Origin: an archaeon
GTDB taxonomy: Archaea > Micrarchaeota > Micrarchaeia > Anstonellales > Bilamarchaeaceae
DNA: 64,000 nt
Direction of reading: 5' to 3'
Assembly (NCBI GenBank): GCA_020053355.1
Contig: JAGVNI010000008.1
Coordinates: 77,195 to 141,194, forward strand
The translations under genes and the position numbers were made by a program. Numbering within the stretch: position 1 is the stretch's first letter; each line of letters begins with the position of its first letter. The notes below the pieces were generated by a model. The model was not told the DNA's origin and did not search any database. It saw only the letters and a list, made by a program, of their open reading frames with translations. Of this stretch, positions 37,838-47,425 are shown piece after piece.

Positions 37838-39013
37838 ATGATTCCCGAAGAAGTATTCCAGAAAGCCGCGGAAGGCGACCAGACAGCCATAATGTTGCTG
37901 GATGCCGCAGTCACTGCAAGGACCATCTCCCAGCCTGAAACGGCAAAAGCGATGAAGGCCATCACGGAAGCGGTCATCGGAGGAAAGGGGGACACCAACA
38001 AGCTTTTCGGAATCGGCTCCAACATCTGCGAAACCTACAAGAACCTGGAAGCGCGCGACATGTATGAGAAGCTGTTCATGCTTGCGGCTTACCCGGTGAA
38101 TCCTATCGCATACGTCTCAATCATCGGCGTGGGAGCTGCGGCGGTCAGGATAAACAAGGGCGAGGTCGGAACCTTTGAGGTCGACAAGGAGTGGTATCTC
38201 AAGACGGCGAGGATTTGCCTGGTAAGGGCTATTCGCCCCACGGAAACCAGGGTTAAGCTGGGCCGGGGGATGTCGGAAGCCGAATGCAAGAAGAAATGGG
38301 GGATGAGCGTCGGGGATATGGAGCAGAACCTCGTTTTCGTGATAGAAGCGCTCAGGAATCTTGACGGCCCTGAAATCAAGGGCGGGCTGGTCTCGATAAT
38401 CCAAAACGGTTTCGGGAACACGGTAAAATGCGCTGCCGGCCAAAGCATCGGCCCCATAAGGATACGGGAGGAATTGAGCATGGCCAAAACAGACAGGGAA
38501 TTCCTGCTGGCATCCGCCTACCCTGACCCGACCGGTCCGCAGAGCATGTATGTCGAATGCATATTCAGCGCGGTCGAGACCGCGTATTCCCCGATGGCGG
38601 GCGGGGTCGAGATGGCAATCGCAATCAAGCAGCTTTCCTCTTTCGGCGCCAGGGGGGAAGTCCTGAGGGAGCTTTTCGATGCGGACAGCCTCACACTTAT
38701 TACACGGAATGTCGAGAATGCGCTTCTGCACGCCCTCATGCACCCGGATGCGAAAATCAGGGAAGGGGCGGCGAGCGGCCTGCAGAGCATCGGCAGCGAC
38801 CGCGTCGAGGACATACTCGACCGGATTGTGGCCCGCGTAGGTCAAAGCAGCGAAACGGGCGCGCTCGCGTCCGAAGCCCTTGCTACAATTCGGGGCGGGA
38901 AGGTAGAGGTCCTAGACGACACGTTCCGTCCGCCCCGCAAGGCAAGCATGCCGCCCCCGCCGCCGACGCTGAGGCCAAAGTCCGCCCCCACTAGCAATAT
39001 AAACCAGGCCTGA
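37838..39013 (+). CDS. HEAT-repeat orphan protein with polyproline tail
   Basis: LLHALMHPDAKIREGAASGLQSIG HEAT unit; C-terminal PPRKASMPPPPPTLRP. Confidence 0.75.
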   Translation: MIPEEVFQKAAEGDQTAIMLLDAAVTARTISQPETAKAMKAITEAVIGGKGDTNKLFGIGSNICETYKNLEARDMYEKLFMLAAYPVNPIAYVSIIGVGAAAVRINKGEVGTFEVDKEWYLKTARICLVRAIRPTETRVKLGRGMSEAECKKKWGMSVGDMEQNLVFVIEALRNLDGPEIKGGLVSIIQNGFGNTVKCAAGQSIGPIRIREELSMAKTDREFLLASAYPDPTGPQSMYVECIFSAVETAYSPMAGGVEMAIAIKQLSSFGARGEVLRELFDADSLTLITRNVENALLHALMHPDAKIREGAASGLQSIGSDRVEDILDRIVARVGQSSETGALASEALATIRGGKVEVLDDTFRPPRKASMPPPPPTLRPKSAPTSNINQA

Positions 39014-39026
39014 CAATCCATAATCG

Positions 39027-39848
39027 ATGGCAAAGGCCCGCGTCCTACGGAGGCAGGAGAAGGCGTATATCGAGCTTCCGCCGGATATCTCCGGCGAGGC
39101 TGAACTTGAGATTTTCCAGCTGAAAGAGGGCTATTATCTTCTCACGATTCCACTTGGCCAGCATGCGGCAGGCCCGGCGCAGGAGAGCTCGCCCCGTGAA
39201 AAGGGCGGGATAACCGAACCTGAGAGGGCCGTCCTAAAGAAGCTTCTTTCGATTAAATTCGAGAACCGCACCCCGGCCCTGGTAGAGCATGCATTGAGCG
39301 GGGCGGAGATGGCTATCCTGAACGGGCTCGCCGCCAAGGGCCTTGCCAATGTGTTCCGGGGGAACAAGTACAAGGACGGCGTCTATAACATAAGCGACAG
39401 CACGTATTCGCTCGTTTATCCCAAAGGAGAAATCCGGAACGAACGGCAGGAATCCCCAGGCCAAAGGCCGGATGCCCGCAATGAGCAGCCAGCCCAGGCC
39501 GGGGGGAATGCCAGCACAAGCGCTCCGGCAGAGCTGCACAGCCGCGGATTCGTCATAATCCCGGACAAGCGCGAGGCGATGCTGCTCTCAGAGCAGCTTG
39601 GGGCGCAGATGAAGGCCGGCGCGGTCGTCGGCGTCAAAGGATTCGACGGCAAGTTCTACATAGTGACAAGGGAGTTTTTCACCAGATCACAGGCTGCGAT
39701 AAATTCGGCCCTGAAAGATGCGATGGACGCGCCCTCAATAGCCTCCGCCGCCAAGTTGGACCCGGAAGGCTGCCTCGCCGTGCTCCGGCTGATGGCCGAG
39801 AACGGGGACATCATAGAGAAGAAAAGGGGCGTATTCGCCCCGGTATAG
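39027..39848 (+). CDS. hypothetical protein with putative winged-helix domains
   Basis: 273-aa ORF; C-terminus IASAAKLD...VLRLMAENGDIIEKKRG is wHTH-like. Confidence 0.7.
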   Translation: MAKARVLRRQEKAYIELPPDISGEAELEIFQLKEGYYLLTIPLGQHAAGPAQESSPREKGGITEPERAVLKKLLSIKFENRTPALVEHALSGAEMAILNGLAAKGLANVFRGNKYKDGVYNISDSTYSLVYPKGEIRNERQESPGQRPDARNEQPAQAGGNASTSAPAELHSRGFVIIPDKREAMLLSEQLGAQMKAGAVVGVKGFDGKFYIVTREFFTRSQAAINSALKDAMDAPSIASAAKLDPEGCLAVLRLMAENGDIIEKKRGVFAPV

Positions 39849-39869
39849 TCCATTCCTCAAGATGGTCAG

Positions 39870-41009
39870 ATGATAATAAAGGACGAGATTCACGGAACGG
39901 TGGGCTTCGACGACCTGGAAGCGAGGATAATCGACAGCGGCCCGTTCCAGAGGCTGCGCCGGATAAAGCAGATGTCGGTCACGAACCTGGTGTATCCGGG
40001 AGCCAACCACACCCGTTTCGAGCATTCCATCGGCACCGCCCACCTCTCATCCATCATAGCGCGCAACATAGGGCTGGACGGGGATGAGGTCCGGAAAGTC
40101 AAGATATACGGCCTCCTCCATGACATCGGCCACACGCCTTTCTCGCACGAGGGTGAGGACGTCCTCAAACGCCATGTCGGGGACCACGAGAAGCTCGGAC
40201 GGCAGAGGATGACGACGGGCGAGATAGCGGACATCCTCTCGGAAAACTTCAGGCCGTCCGAGATTGCCGATATTGGAAAATCTCCGTATGGCAGCATAAT
40301 CACGTCTGATTTGGGCGCGGACCGCATGGATTACCTGAAAAGGGACGCGCTGAACACCGGCGTGGCGTATGGGATAATCGACATAGACCGCATCGTCCAT
40401 ACCCTCACAACAGAAAAGAATGAGCTGTGCATCGGGAAGGGCGGGTTCGAGGCCGCCGAGTACATGCTGGTCGCGCGGTTCATGATGTTCTCCACGGTCT
40501 ACCTGCATCGGACGGTCCGCATCGCCACCGCAATGCTTTACCGCGCCATGGAAGGCGCGATTGCGGACGGAACCGTATCCCCGGAGGAACTCTGCCGGAT
40601 GGATGACGAGAGCGCAATGAACGCCCTGTCCCGCTCGGACAAGGGTGGGCCGTATGCCAAGGCGCTTATTCTCCGGAAGCTCTACAAGGAGGTCATGGCG
40701 CTTCCCAAGGAAGGCTGGAGCGAGGATAAGGCGAGGAAGCTGGAGGCCAGCCTCATCCGTGACGCCGAATGCGACATAATCGTGGACTATCCGAATGCCT
40801 TCTTCAAGCCGGTCGAGCTCCGGGTGAAGACGGATGGCGGCCTGGTCCCGATTATCGAATTGTCAAAGCTCGTGCAGTCGCTCAAGAAGGCCGAGGAGGA
40901 CCGCATGAAGGTGCTCGTCCTGGCTGGCGAAGAGATGCGGAACGAGCGCTCGGAAAGGATAAGGAAGATTGTCGCTATATCGTCGCGTAGGTTGCGACGT
41001 GCACGATGA
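39870..41009 (+). CDS. HD-superfamily phosphohydrolase (dNTPase/SAMHD1-like)
   Basis: FQRLRRIKQ, YPGANHTRFEHSIG, LLHDIGHTPFSH, ADRMDYLKRD. Confidence 0.93.
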   Translation: MIIKDEIHGTVGFDDLEARIIDSGPFQRLRRIKQMSVTNLVYPGANHTRFEHSIGTAHLSSIIARNIGLDGDEVRKVKIYGLLHDIGHTPFSHEGEDVLKRHVGDHEKLGRQRMTTGEIADILSENFRPSEIADIGKSPYGSIITSDLGADRMDYLKRDALNTGVAYGIIDIDRIVHTLTTEKNELCIGKGGFEAAEYMLVARFMMFSTVYLHRTVRIATAMLYRAMEGAIADGTVSPEELCRMDDESAMNALSRSDKGGPYAKALILRKLYKEVMALPKEGWSEDKARKLEASLIRDAECDIIVDYPNAFFKPVELRVKTDGGLVPIIELSKLVQSLKKAEEDRMKVLVLAGEEMRNERSERIRKIVAISSRRLRRAR

Positions 41010-41142
41010 CCACGACTGCGACGATGGCCACGATCAGGAATTTCGGTTCAATCTCCATGCCGCTTATTTTCATGTCGGGCGAGAATCCGATAATGCCCGC
41101 GGAAGTCATCGGCATCGAGACTTTTTCCTGCTTCATTGACAT
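40975..41142 (-). CDS. secG: preprotein translocase subunit Sec61-beta
   Basis: MPMTSAGIIGF...IEPK followed by a single C-terminal TM. Confidence 0.85.
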   Translation of the reverse strand: MSMKQEKVSMPMTSAGIIGFSPDMKISGMEIEPKFLIVAIVAVVVIVHVATYATI

Positions 41143-41197
41143 AGGAATCCGATTTGATGCGAATAGTATAAAAGCCTTTACCACTCCATATTGACGT

Positions 41198-41938
41198 ATG
41201 GGCGACGTAGAAATTCACCGGACCGCTGACTTTAAGAAACTGAAGAGACCGACGCTGATTATGGGTTTCCCGGGCACGGGGCTGGTCGGAAGCGTCGCCG
41301 CATCGCAGATTGTCGAATCGCTCGCGATGGAGTTCGGGGGCTACATAACGAGTGCGGAGTTCGCGCCGCTTGCCGCCATCCATGACTATAAGCCCATGCC
41401 GGCCGCGCGCATCCACTTCTCCGAGAAGCTGAATATGATAGTAATCATCTCAGAGATGACGATACCTATCGGCTCATCCCAGGATGTCGCAGACAAGATA
41501 TACGAGTTCGCCAAATCGGTAGGGGCATCGACCATCATCTCCCTGGGCGGCATATCCCTCCAGGAGGAGAAGAAAGGCGTCTTCGTGGTCTCTAGCGACC
41601 CGAACGTGGTGAAGGACATCATCGCTAAGAAAATCGCGAAGCCCATCAAGGAAGGGGCGACGACCGGGGTCACAGGCATCCTGCTCGCAAAAGGCGCGCT
41701 CGACAATTTCCCGGTCACTACCATACTCGCAGAATCGTCCGAGGAATACCTCGACCCGAAAGCCGCTTCGAATGTGCTCAAGGTGCTCGCCAGGATGACC
41801 GGCGTGCAGGTCAGCACGCTGAAACTGGAGAAGGAGGCCGAGGAATACTCCAAGGACATTAAGGATGCCGTCTTGAAATCGCGCATCAGCAAGAAGAAAG
41901 GGCCGAGCGCGAATGAAGGCGGCTCGATGTACGGTTGA
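41198..41938 (+). CDS. proteasome assembly chaperone (PAC2 family)
   Basis: IMGFPGTGLVG, ISLGGI, TGVTGILL, DPKAA, C-terminal MYG (HbYX motif). Confidence 0.92.
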   Translation: MGDVEIHRTADFKKLKRPTLIMGFPGTGLVGSVAASQIVESLAMEFGGYITSAEFAPLAAIHDYKPMPAARIHFSEKLNMIVIISEMTIPIGSSQDVADKIYEFAKSVGASTIISLGGISLQEEKKGVFVVSSDPNVVKDIIAKKIAKPIKEGATTGVTGILLAKGALDNFPVTTILAESSEEYLDPKAASNVLKVLARMTGVQVSTLKLEKEAEEYSKDIKDAVLKSRISKKKGPSANEGGSMYG

Positions 41939-42067
41939 AAGAACCTACGGTTCTTTCCATCTCCCTCAATATGATTCCCGCAACATGATAACGGAGACAA
42001 ACGGTTCTTTCTATCTCCTCTGAAGTTTGGCTTAGACCGAGAAACCGGGCAGTACCGGTGATTATCC

Positions 42068-43078
42068 ATGCTTTACCGGCGCATTTTCCCAAGGGAATAC
42101 CTTCGGCTTTCCCAGAACGATCGGGACAGGGAACGTATTGTCAAGGCGGAGGCGCTTGTGGATTTCGTCGAGCTCGGGCGCCATGGCGGCGGAACCTTGA
42201 AGGACGCTGGCGACATCCCGGCACTCTACTCTTCCCTGGTGCGGAACCCGCATGAGCAGGTCCCGTGGGACAGGATTGAACGCGGCATAGCGCTCCATGA
42301 TGACGGTAACTGGTCCAGGATTAAGGAGTGCGGATACCGCGCAAGGTTCCATGCCATCGCGGCACTGCATAATGGCAGGGCGGTAGGCCTCTCTTTTTTC
42401 AAGAGCCTTCGGATGGACTGCAAGGGCTATTCCACCGGCTTGCTGTACACCGGGGTGGCGGATGGGGAATTCACAAAAAACATGTATGGGTTTGACCGGG
42501 AATTCCGGGGAATGGGGATCGCAAAGGCCCTCCTTCTCGTATCCCAGGGAATAACCCTGGATGATGCTGAAGCGGACGGCAGGCCGGCAGTCGCAGGCGC
42601 ATTCGGAGATTGCGAAATCACCGGGCACGGAGTCCCTGGGGGGCGCAACCAGCCGGCCAGGACTAAACTGGAGATGCTTGAGGGGCTCGGGCTCCTGCCA
42701 GTACTCTTCGACATGGGCGCGGGAATCTGGATGACACCAGTCGTCCAGCCGGCATTGAATCCGGAAACAAGGCCGCTTGTGATGCACATGGTCTTCAGGC
42801 CGCTTATTGCAGGAACCCGGCCAAAAGACGGGATATATCCGCTCGAGAAGCTGCTGGCGGCCAAGCTCCTGAGCGCCTACATAAGAAGCTATGACGCCTT
42901 GGAGGCGAGCGAGCAGGCAATTGAATACGCAAGTCACCAGATGATGTCCAGGTTCGAGTCCGCAAGGCGGGTGGTGCTGATGCGGCCGGAAATGGTTCCG
43001 GACATTGAAACGCTCGCCAGGGGGGATGCCCTCCTTCGGATGCAACTCGAGGGCGAATTGGGAAAGGGACGCCCCTAA
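42068..43078 (+). CDS. GNAT-like acetyltransferase-fold orphan
   Basis: REFRGMGIAKALL acetyl-CoA motif and a downstream QPAL motif. Confidence 0.65.
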   Translation: MLYRRIFPREYLRLSQNDRDRERIVKAEALVDFVELGRHGGGTLKDAGDIPALYSSLVRNPHEQVPWDRIERGIALHDDGNWSRIKECGYRARFHAIAALHNGRAVGLSFFKSLRMDCKGYSTGLLYTGVADGEFTKNMYGFDREFRGMGIAKALLLVSQGITLDDAEADGRPAVAGAFGDCEITGHGVPGGRNQPARTKLEMLEGLGLLPVLFDMGAGIWMTPVVQPALNPETRPLVMHMVFRPLIAGTRPKDGIYPLEKLLAAKLLSAYIRSYDALEASEQAIEYASHQMMSRFESARRVVLMRPEMVPDIETLARGDALLRMQLEGELGKGRP

Positions 43079-43175
43079 GACGCCGGAATTACGCGGGATG
43101 GATTATCGGTCCTTGTTTTCCAGCAGGGGAAGTTTGATAAAAGATTTACCTCAAGTATAAATGACAATTAATTAC

Positions 43176-43293
43176 GCAGGAGTAGCGAAGCGGTCAAACG
43201 CGGTGGACTTAAGAGCCGCCATTCCCGGACCGAATGCGGCATGGGAAATCCTCTGGCTCAGCGCCTTCGAAGGTTCGAATCCTTCCTCCTGCA
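43176..43293 (+). tRNA. tRNA-Leu(TAA) with 37/38 intron (~43214-43247)
   Basis: GCAGGAG/CTCCTGC+A acceptor, GTGGA-CT-TAA-G[intron]A-TCCTC, variable arm, GAAGG-TTCGAAT-CCTTC. Confidence 0.92.
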
Positions 43294-43328
43294 ATTTCTT
43301 TATATTGGCCAATGGATGAACTGGAGTC

Positions 43329-43793
43329 ATGGAACGATTATATCGCATGCTTTACCCGATGAGAGTATGCCTGATTACGAGCAGGCATGAAGGGAAGGAC
43401 AATGTAATGGCGGCATCGTGGGTGTTCCCGATATCCATGGACCCTCCGTTGTTTGGGGTTTCAGTATCTCCAAAAAGGCACAGCTACCGGATGATTAAGG
43501 AGGGCAATGCATTCGGAATCAACCTGCCTGGGTCTGATATGGAAAAGGCAGTCACAATCTGCGGGACTAAAAGCGGCAGGGATGCCGACAAGTTTCTGGA
43601 AGCGGGCTTGACGAAGGAAGAGGGCGCTCGCGTGCCCCTAATCCGCGAGTGCATGGCGAGCATTGAGTGCGAGGTCGTCTCGGAAATCGAGGCCGGCGAC
43701 CATACGGTTTTTGTCGGAAAAGCGGTTAAGATTGTGAAAAGGAAAGAGGGCGAGGGTCTTTACCAGAGCGCGGACGGCTTCGTTTCAGTTTAG
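43329..43793 (+). CDS. flavin reductase family protein
   Basis: NVMAASW, PPLFGVSV, GTKSGRDADKF, AGDHTVFVG. Confidence 0.92.
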   Translation: MERLYRMLYPMRVCLITSRHEGKDNVMAASWVFPISMDPPLFGVSVSPKRHSYRMIKEGNAFGINLPGSDMEKAVTICGTKSGRDADKFLEAGLTKEEGARVPLIRECMASIECEVVSEIEAGDHTVFVGKAVKIVKRKEGEGLYQSADGFVSV

Positions 43794-43810
43794 CTGCGTT
43801 CCGATACTGC

Positions 43811-44755
43811 TTAGAGAATTCGGACGCGTTTCCCGTCATACCAGACGGTCTCCTCGAAACGCATCCCGTATCTTTTCAGGTAGAACGCAGGCTCAATCGC
43901 CAATGTCGCGCCGGCAATCCTGTCGTCCGACTTGAGCCCCAGCCTCGGGAACTCGTGGATGTCCAGGCCGACGCCATGGCCAATCGCATGCGGCATCTTC
44001 GGGAAGCCGGCCTGAGATATCAATTCCTGCGCGAGTATGGCCGCGTCCTTTCCGCACTCCAGGCCCGGAAGGGCGTCCGCCATGAAATAGCATATGTCCT
44101 GGAGCCGCTCATACTGCTCTTTCTTCTTCAAGTCATTGTCGCGGATGAAGCACCGTGTGATGTCGGCGCAAAAATGTTTGAAGCGGACGCCATAGTCAAC
44201 CATGACGAGCGGGCCGAGCTTTTTTGCTGATGCTGTGTAGTGCGGATAAGCGGTATTCGCTCCGGATGAGACGATAGGCGTAAATGCAGGCTCCAGGCCC
44301 CGCTCCAGGGTAAGGAGAAGGAGCTGTTTATGGAGGTCGTTTTCAGTTTTCGCGGACTTGAAATCGAGCGAGTCGAAGATATCTTTGGTCTCCTTGACAG
44401 CCCTGCGGACGAGGGCGGCTTCGGCGCGTGTTTTCAAAGACCTTGCCCGGAGCAACTCCTGGGAATAATCCGACAGCTTACAGAACTTTTTGATGTGGCT
44501 GGCCATGCGGCAGCTCATCGACGACGCGTCGAACTCGACAGTACGGCCCCGGAGCAACTTGGAAAGGGATTTCATCGCGTCCGAATACACGATGACCCGC
44601 CCCCGGAATTGCGCCCGTGCAATGGCTTCGTTCATCTTCGAGACTAGGATGGTCTTGCGACCGCCGCCAACCAGAAGAAAGCTGTGGTCGATGTCCACGC
44701 CGCCTGCGTGGAAAAAGTTCGCGTTGAAATCCTCGCCGCGGTACAAGAGAAGCAT
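43811..44755 (-). CDS. M24 family Xaa-Pro aminopeptidase/prolidase
   Basis: YPH, VDYG..FCADITR, HAIGHGVGLDIHE, IEPAFY, RFEE. Start placed at MLLLYR. Confidence 0.9.
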   Translation of the reverse strand: MLLLYRGEDFNANFFHAGGVDIDHSFLLVGGGRKTILVSKMNEAIARAQFRGRVIVYSDAMKSLSKLLRGRTVEFDASSMSCRMASHIKKFCKLSDYSQELLRARSLKTRAEAALVRRAVKETKDIFDSLDFKSAKTENDLHKQLLLLTLERGLEPAFTPIVSSGANTAYPHYTASAKKLGPLVMVDYGVRFKHFCADITRCFIRDNDLKKKEQYERLQDICYFMADALPGLECGKDAAILAQELISQAGFPKMPHAIGHGVGLDIHEFPRLGLKSDDRIAGATLAIEPAFYLKRYGMRFEETVWYDGKRVRIL

Positions 44756-44916
44756 GAACCGGATGCACAGGCATTGGTTAAATCGGTTGCGGTGCGCTTG
44801 GGGGCTGGCAGGATATGGGATGGATGCCAGGCCGCGGGGGGAAGAGTGCTGCGGCCCAGGGCGCGGCAAAAGCGAAGCGGTTTAATAATTAACTCAGATG
44901 TCACATCGGTGATGGT

Positions 44917-45774
44917 GTGAATAAGCTTGCGATAGGATCTTTGCTGGTTTTCATTCTCATGTTCGGGTGCATGGGCGTCATGGAAGAGGGTAGCGCAGTT
45001 TCCAACGGGGGGATAGGAACCTCTAGGGAAGCGCTCTCGCCAACGGCCCCGAGCGCGGATTATAGCGGAACGGGCGCCCAGTATGTCACGAAAGCCGGTT
45101 CCATCTCGATAAAAGTCCCTGAGGGGACGCTCCAGACCAAATTCGAGTCCATGAAGGAAAGCCTCAGGACCGAAGGCGCCGTGACGAGCAATATCGTTTA
45201 CAACGAGTATACCAACCGCAAGCAGTACACCATGACGGTGAAGGTTGCGCCATCCAAGTTCGAAAGCATAAACGCCATGCTCCAGCAGATAGGGGAGGTC
45301 AAGGACCTCTCCGTGACCCTGGAAGATGTCACCAAGCAATACACTGACCTCGATACGAGGATAACGAACAAGGAGGTCGAGCTAGAGCGGCTGTATCGGC
45401 TGTACAATATGAGCGACAATGTCAGCGACCTCCTGGGCGTTGAGAGGGAAGTGACCAGGGTGGAGACCGAGCTGGAGCTCCTAAAGGGCGAAAAGCAGTA
45501 TCTTGTCTCGAAAATCGAGCGCTCCACGATAGCGATAACCGTTTATGAGGAGAAGCCCGCGAGCACCCAGCTGACCCTTCCCCTTGAAAGCCTAGGGCAG
45601 TGGTTCTTCACGGCTGTTGCCGCGGCAATCAGCCTGATTGTCGTCGCCGCGGGATTCCTGCTCCCGATAGCGATTGTCATCTTGTTGCTCTGGTTTGCCT
45701 ATAAGAAGCTCTTCGGGGAGAAGAAGAAGGGCCCAAAGGCATCTGAGCACAGCAAGATTCCGCCGCCGGGATAA
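44917..45774 (+). CDS. DUF4349 family lipoprotein
   Basis: FGC lipobox, EDVTKQYTDLDTRI, coiled coil, STIAITVYE, C-terminal TM. Confidence 0.88.
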   Translation: MNKLAIGSLLVFILMFGCMGVMEEGSAVSNGGIGTSREALSPTAPSADYSGTGAQYVTKAGSISIKVPEGTLQTKFESMKESLRTEGAVTSNIVYNEYTNRKQYTMTVKVAPSKFESINAMLQQIGEVKDLSVTLEDVTKQYTDLDTRITNKEVELERLYRLYNMSDNVSDLLGVEREVTRVETELELLKGEKQYLVSKIERSTIAITVYEEKPASTQLTLPLESLGQWFFTAVAAAISLIVVAAGFLLPIAIVILLLWFAYKKLFGEKKKGPKASEHSKIPPPG

Positions 45775-45841
45775 ACTCGGTTGCGGGATTATTTTTTATT
45801 TTTCCCTTTCCCCCACTTGCCAGACTTTGGCTAGACTAGGA

Positions 45842-46168
45842 TTAGACTTCGACAACCTGCGGGCTGCCCGTTTCAGTCTCGACAATCAGCTTGGCGGGTT
45901 TTTCTGATGCCGGGAAGACGAACTCGATGCTCTGGCCTTTCCGCACCCTTTTTCTTTCGAAGCTTATCTCCTCGTTCCCGAATTTGGCCTGCACCGTGAC
46001 CTTGGTCAGGTTGCGCTTCGCATTCACCGTCAGGCAGGTGTTGCCGCCCTCCTTGCGCTTCTCGTAGCTGAATGCCTTCAGGCCGAGGATTACGAAGGCG
46101 ATGACGCCTACGGCTATGAGGATGAGGATGCCAGCGCAGCCCGCGATAAGGATGTCGTCTTCGCTCAT
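45842..46168 (-). CDS. small single-TM hypothetical protein
   Basis: N-terminal TM plus a beta-rich domain; ATGA overlap with the PIN gene. Confidence 0.75.
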   Translation of the reverse strand: MSEDDILIAGCAGILILIAVGVIAFVILGLKAFSYEKRKEGGNTCLTVNAKRNLTKVTVQAKFGNEEISFERKRVRKGQSIEFVFPASEKPAKLIVETETGSPQVVEV

Positions 46169-46554
46169 ACGAATCCCAGTTTCGATTTCGATTTCATCGT
46201 AACCACTTTTATATCAAGCGCCCGCAGCCTTTTCCGCAGGTCGCTGTCGTTGGTGCACGCGATAGCCCGGTTCGCTTTCGAGTATTCCACAATCCAGTCA
46301 TCAACGTGGACCGAGCTTTCCACGATGTCGATGCGGCTTTTGTTGGCTTCCACCAGTTTCAGGGCGAGCCGCGCCGCCATCCCGTCCTTCCCGACCCTTT
46401 TTCCGAGTTTCTTCAATTCGGCTATCGTCTTGGAGGAGATGACATAGCGGTGGTGGGCCTCTATCAGGTAATCCAGCTCGCGCATGATGTCGATTTTGAA
46501 CTTGAACGGCAAGAAAAGGATGTTGGTGTCCAGGATTACCTGCCGTGGCGCCAT
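46165..46554 (-). CDS. PIN-domain protein (Fcf1/VapC9-like)
   Basis: VILDTNIL, TIAELKKL, VDDWI, ACTNDSDLRKRL. Confidence 0.9.
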   Translation of the reverse strand: MAPRQVILDTNILFLPFKFKIDIMRELDYLIEAHHRYVISSKTIAELKKLGKRVGKDGMAARLALKLVEANKSRIDIVESSVHVDDWIVEYSKANRAIACTNDSDLRKRLRALDIKVVTMKSKSKLGFV

Positions 46555-46686
46555 GTATGAACCACGTGCGCGCGGCATATAAGCCTTTCGAACGGTATCG
46601 GCGGATGATGTGTGGGAGAAAGTGAATATTTATAAATGGTTGGCTACATAAAAGAGACTAGAATAATCACGGGAGGGTGATGTTGA

Positions 46687-47391
46687 ATGGCATCAAATCC
46701 AAATGAAGTACTGTCGAAAAACCAGGCGCCAAACGGCGCGAAGGAGAAGGAAGGCGCAGAAGGTCCGGCCGAAGTGCAGAAGGGCGGCGCATCAAGATTC
46801 AAGACGATGAAGGGCTTGATTGCAGGCCTTGCGGTCGCTTCGGCGCTTAGCGGCGGAATGATTTCCGCCTGCAGCGAGGAAAGCTCGAATCCGCCTGAGA
46901 TTCCGTCATTGGACGCCAGCGTGGACAGCGGGGATTCCGACACCACTACAGACACCGGTTCTGAGACAGATACCGGCACCGATACCGGAACCGAGACAGA
47001 CAGCGGCACCGAAACCGATAGCGGAACTGAAACCGACAGCGGAACGGAGACAGACAGCGGCACCGAAACCGATAGCGGAACGGAGACCGATTCTGGCCCG
47101 GCGCTGTGCGCAGAAGCACTGGCGGTCGAAGGCGGCGTTTTCGATGGATATATGGTGGCCGATACCCCTGAGACAGTCGGCGGATATGCCATCGAGTACC
47201 TCGGCAAGAACGGCAGCGGCGACGCTTTGTTCAAGATATCGTGCGGCGGCGACGTAGTCGAGGCATCTTTTGCATGCCCCATAGGCTTGGAGACCGAAAA
47301 GGAAACCGCAGAAGGCAGGAGAATCAGGATAACGCCCATCTCGGCCAACGACACGGTTTCGCACGCAACGGTCAACGTCGAAACGATCTGA
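46687..47391 (+). CDS. putative lipoprotein with long hydrophilic leader and DSGTET repeats
   Basis: About 35-aa polar leader, RFKTMKGLIAGLAVASALSGGMISAC, acidic repeat stalk, small Cys-containing beta domain. Confidence 0.8.
   Translation: MASNPNEVLSKNQAPNGAKEKEGAEGPAEVQKGGASRFKTMKGLIAGLAVASALSGGMISACSEESSNPPEIPSLDASVDSGDSDTTTDTGSETDTGTDTGTETDSGTETDSGTETDSGTETDSGTETDSGTETDSGPALCAEALAVEGGVFDGYMVADTPETVGGYAIEYLGKNGSGDALFKISCGGDVVEASFACPIGLETEKETAEGRRIRITPISANDTVSHATVNVETI
46951..47097 (+). repeat. 18-bp coding tandem repeat (five DSGTET units plus DTG variants)
   Basis: GAYAGCGGMACNGARACN units with synonymous variation. Confidence 0.9.
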
Positions 47392-47425
47392 GCCTTCTTC
47401 CGGTTTTTTATTTAATATTTTTATT

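Noticed and set aside
45842-46554. VapBC toxin-antitoxin pair
   Set aside because: The PIN protein looks like the housekeeping Fcf1-like type, and its partner is a downstream membrane protein rather than an antitoxin.
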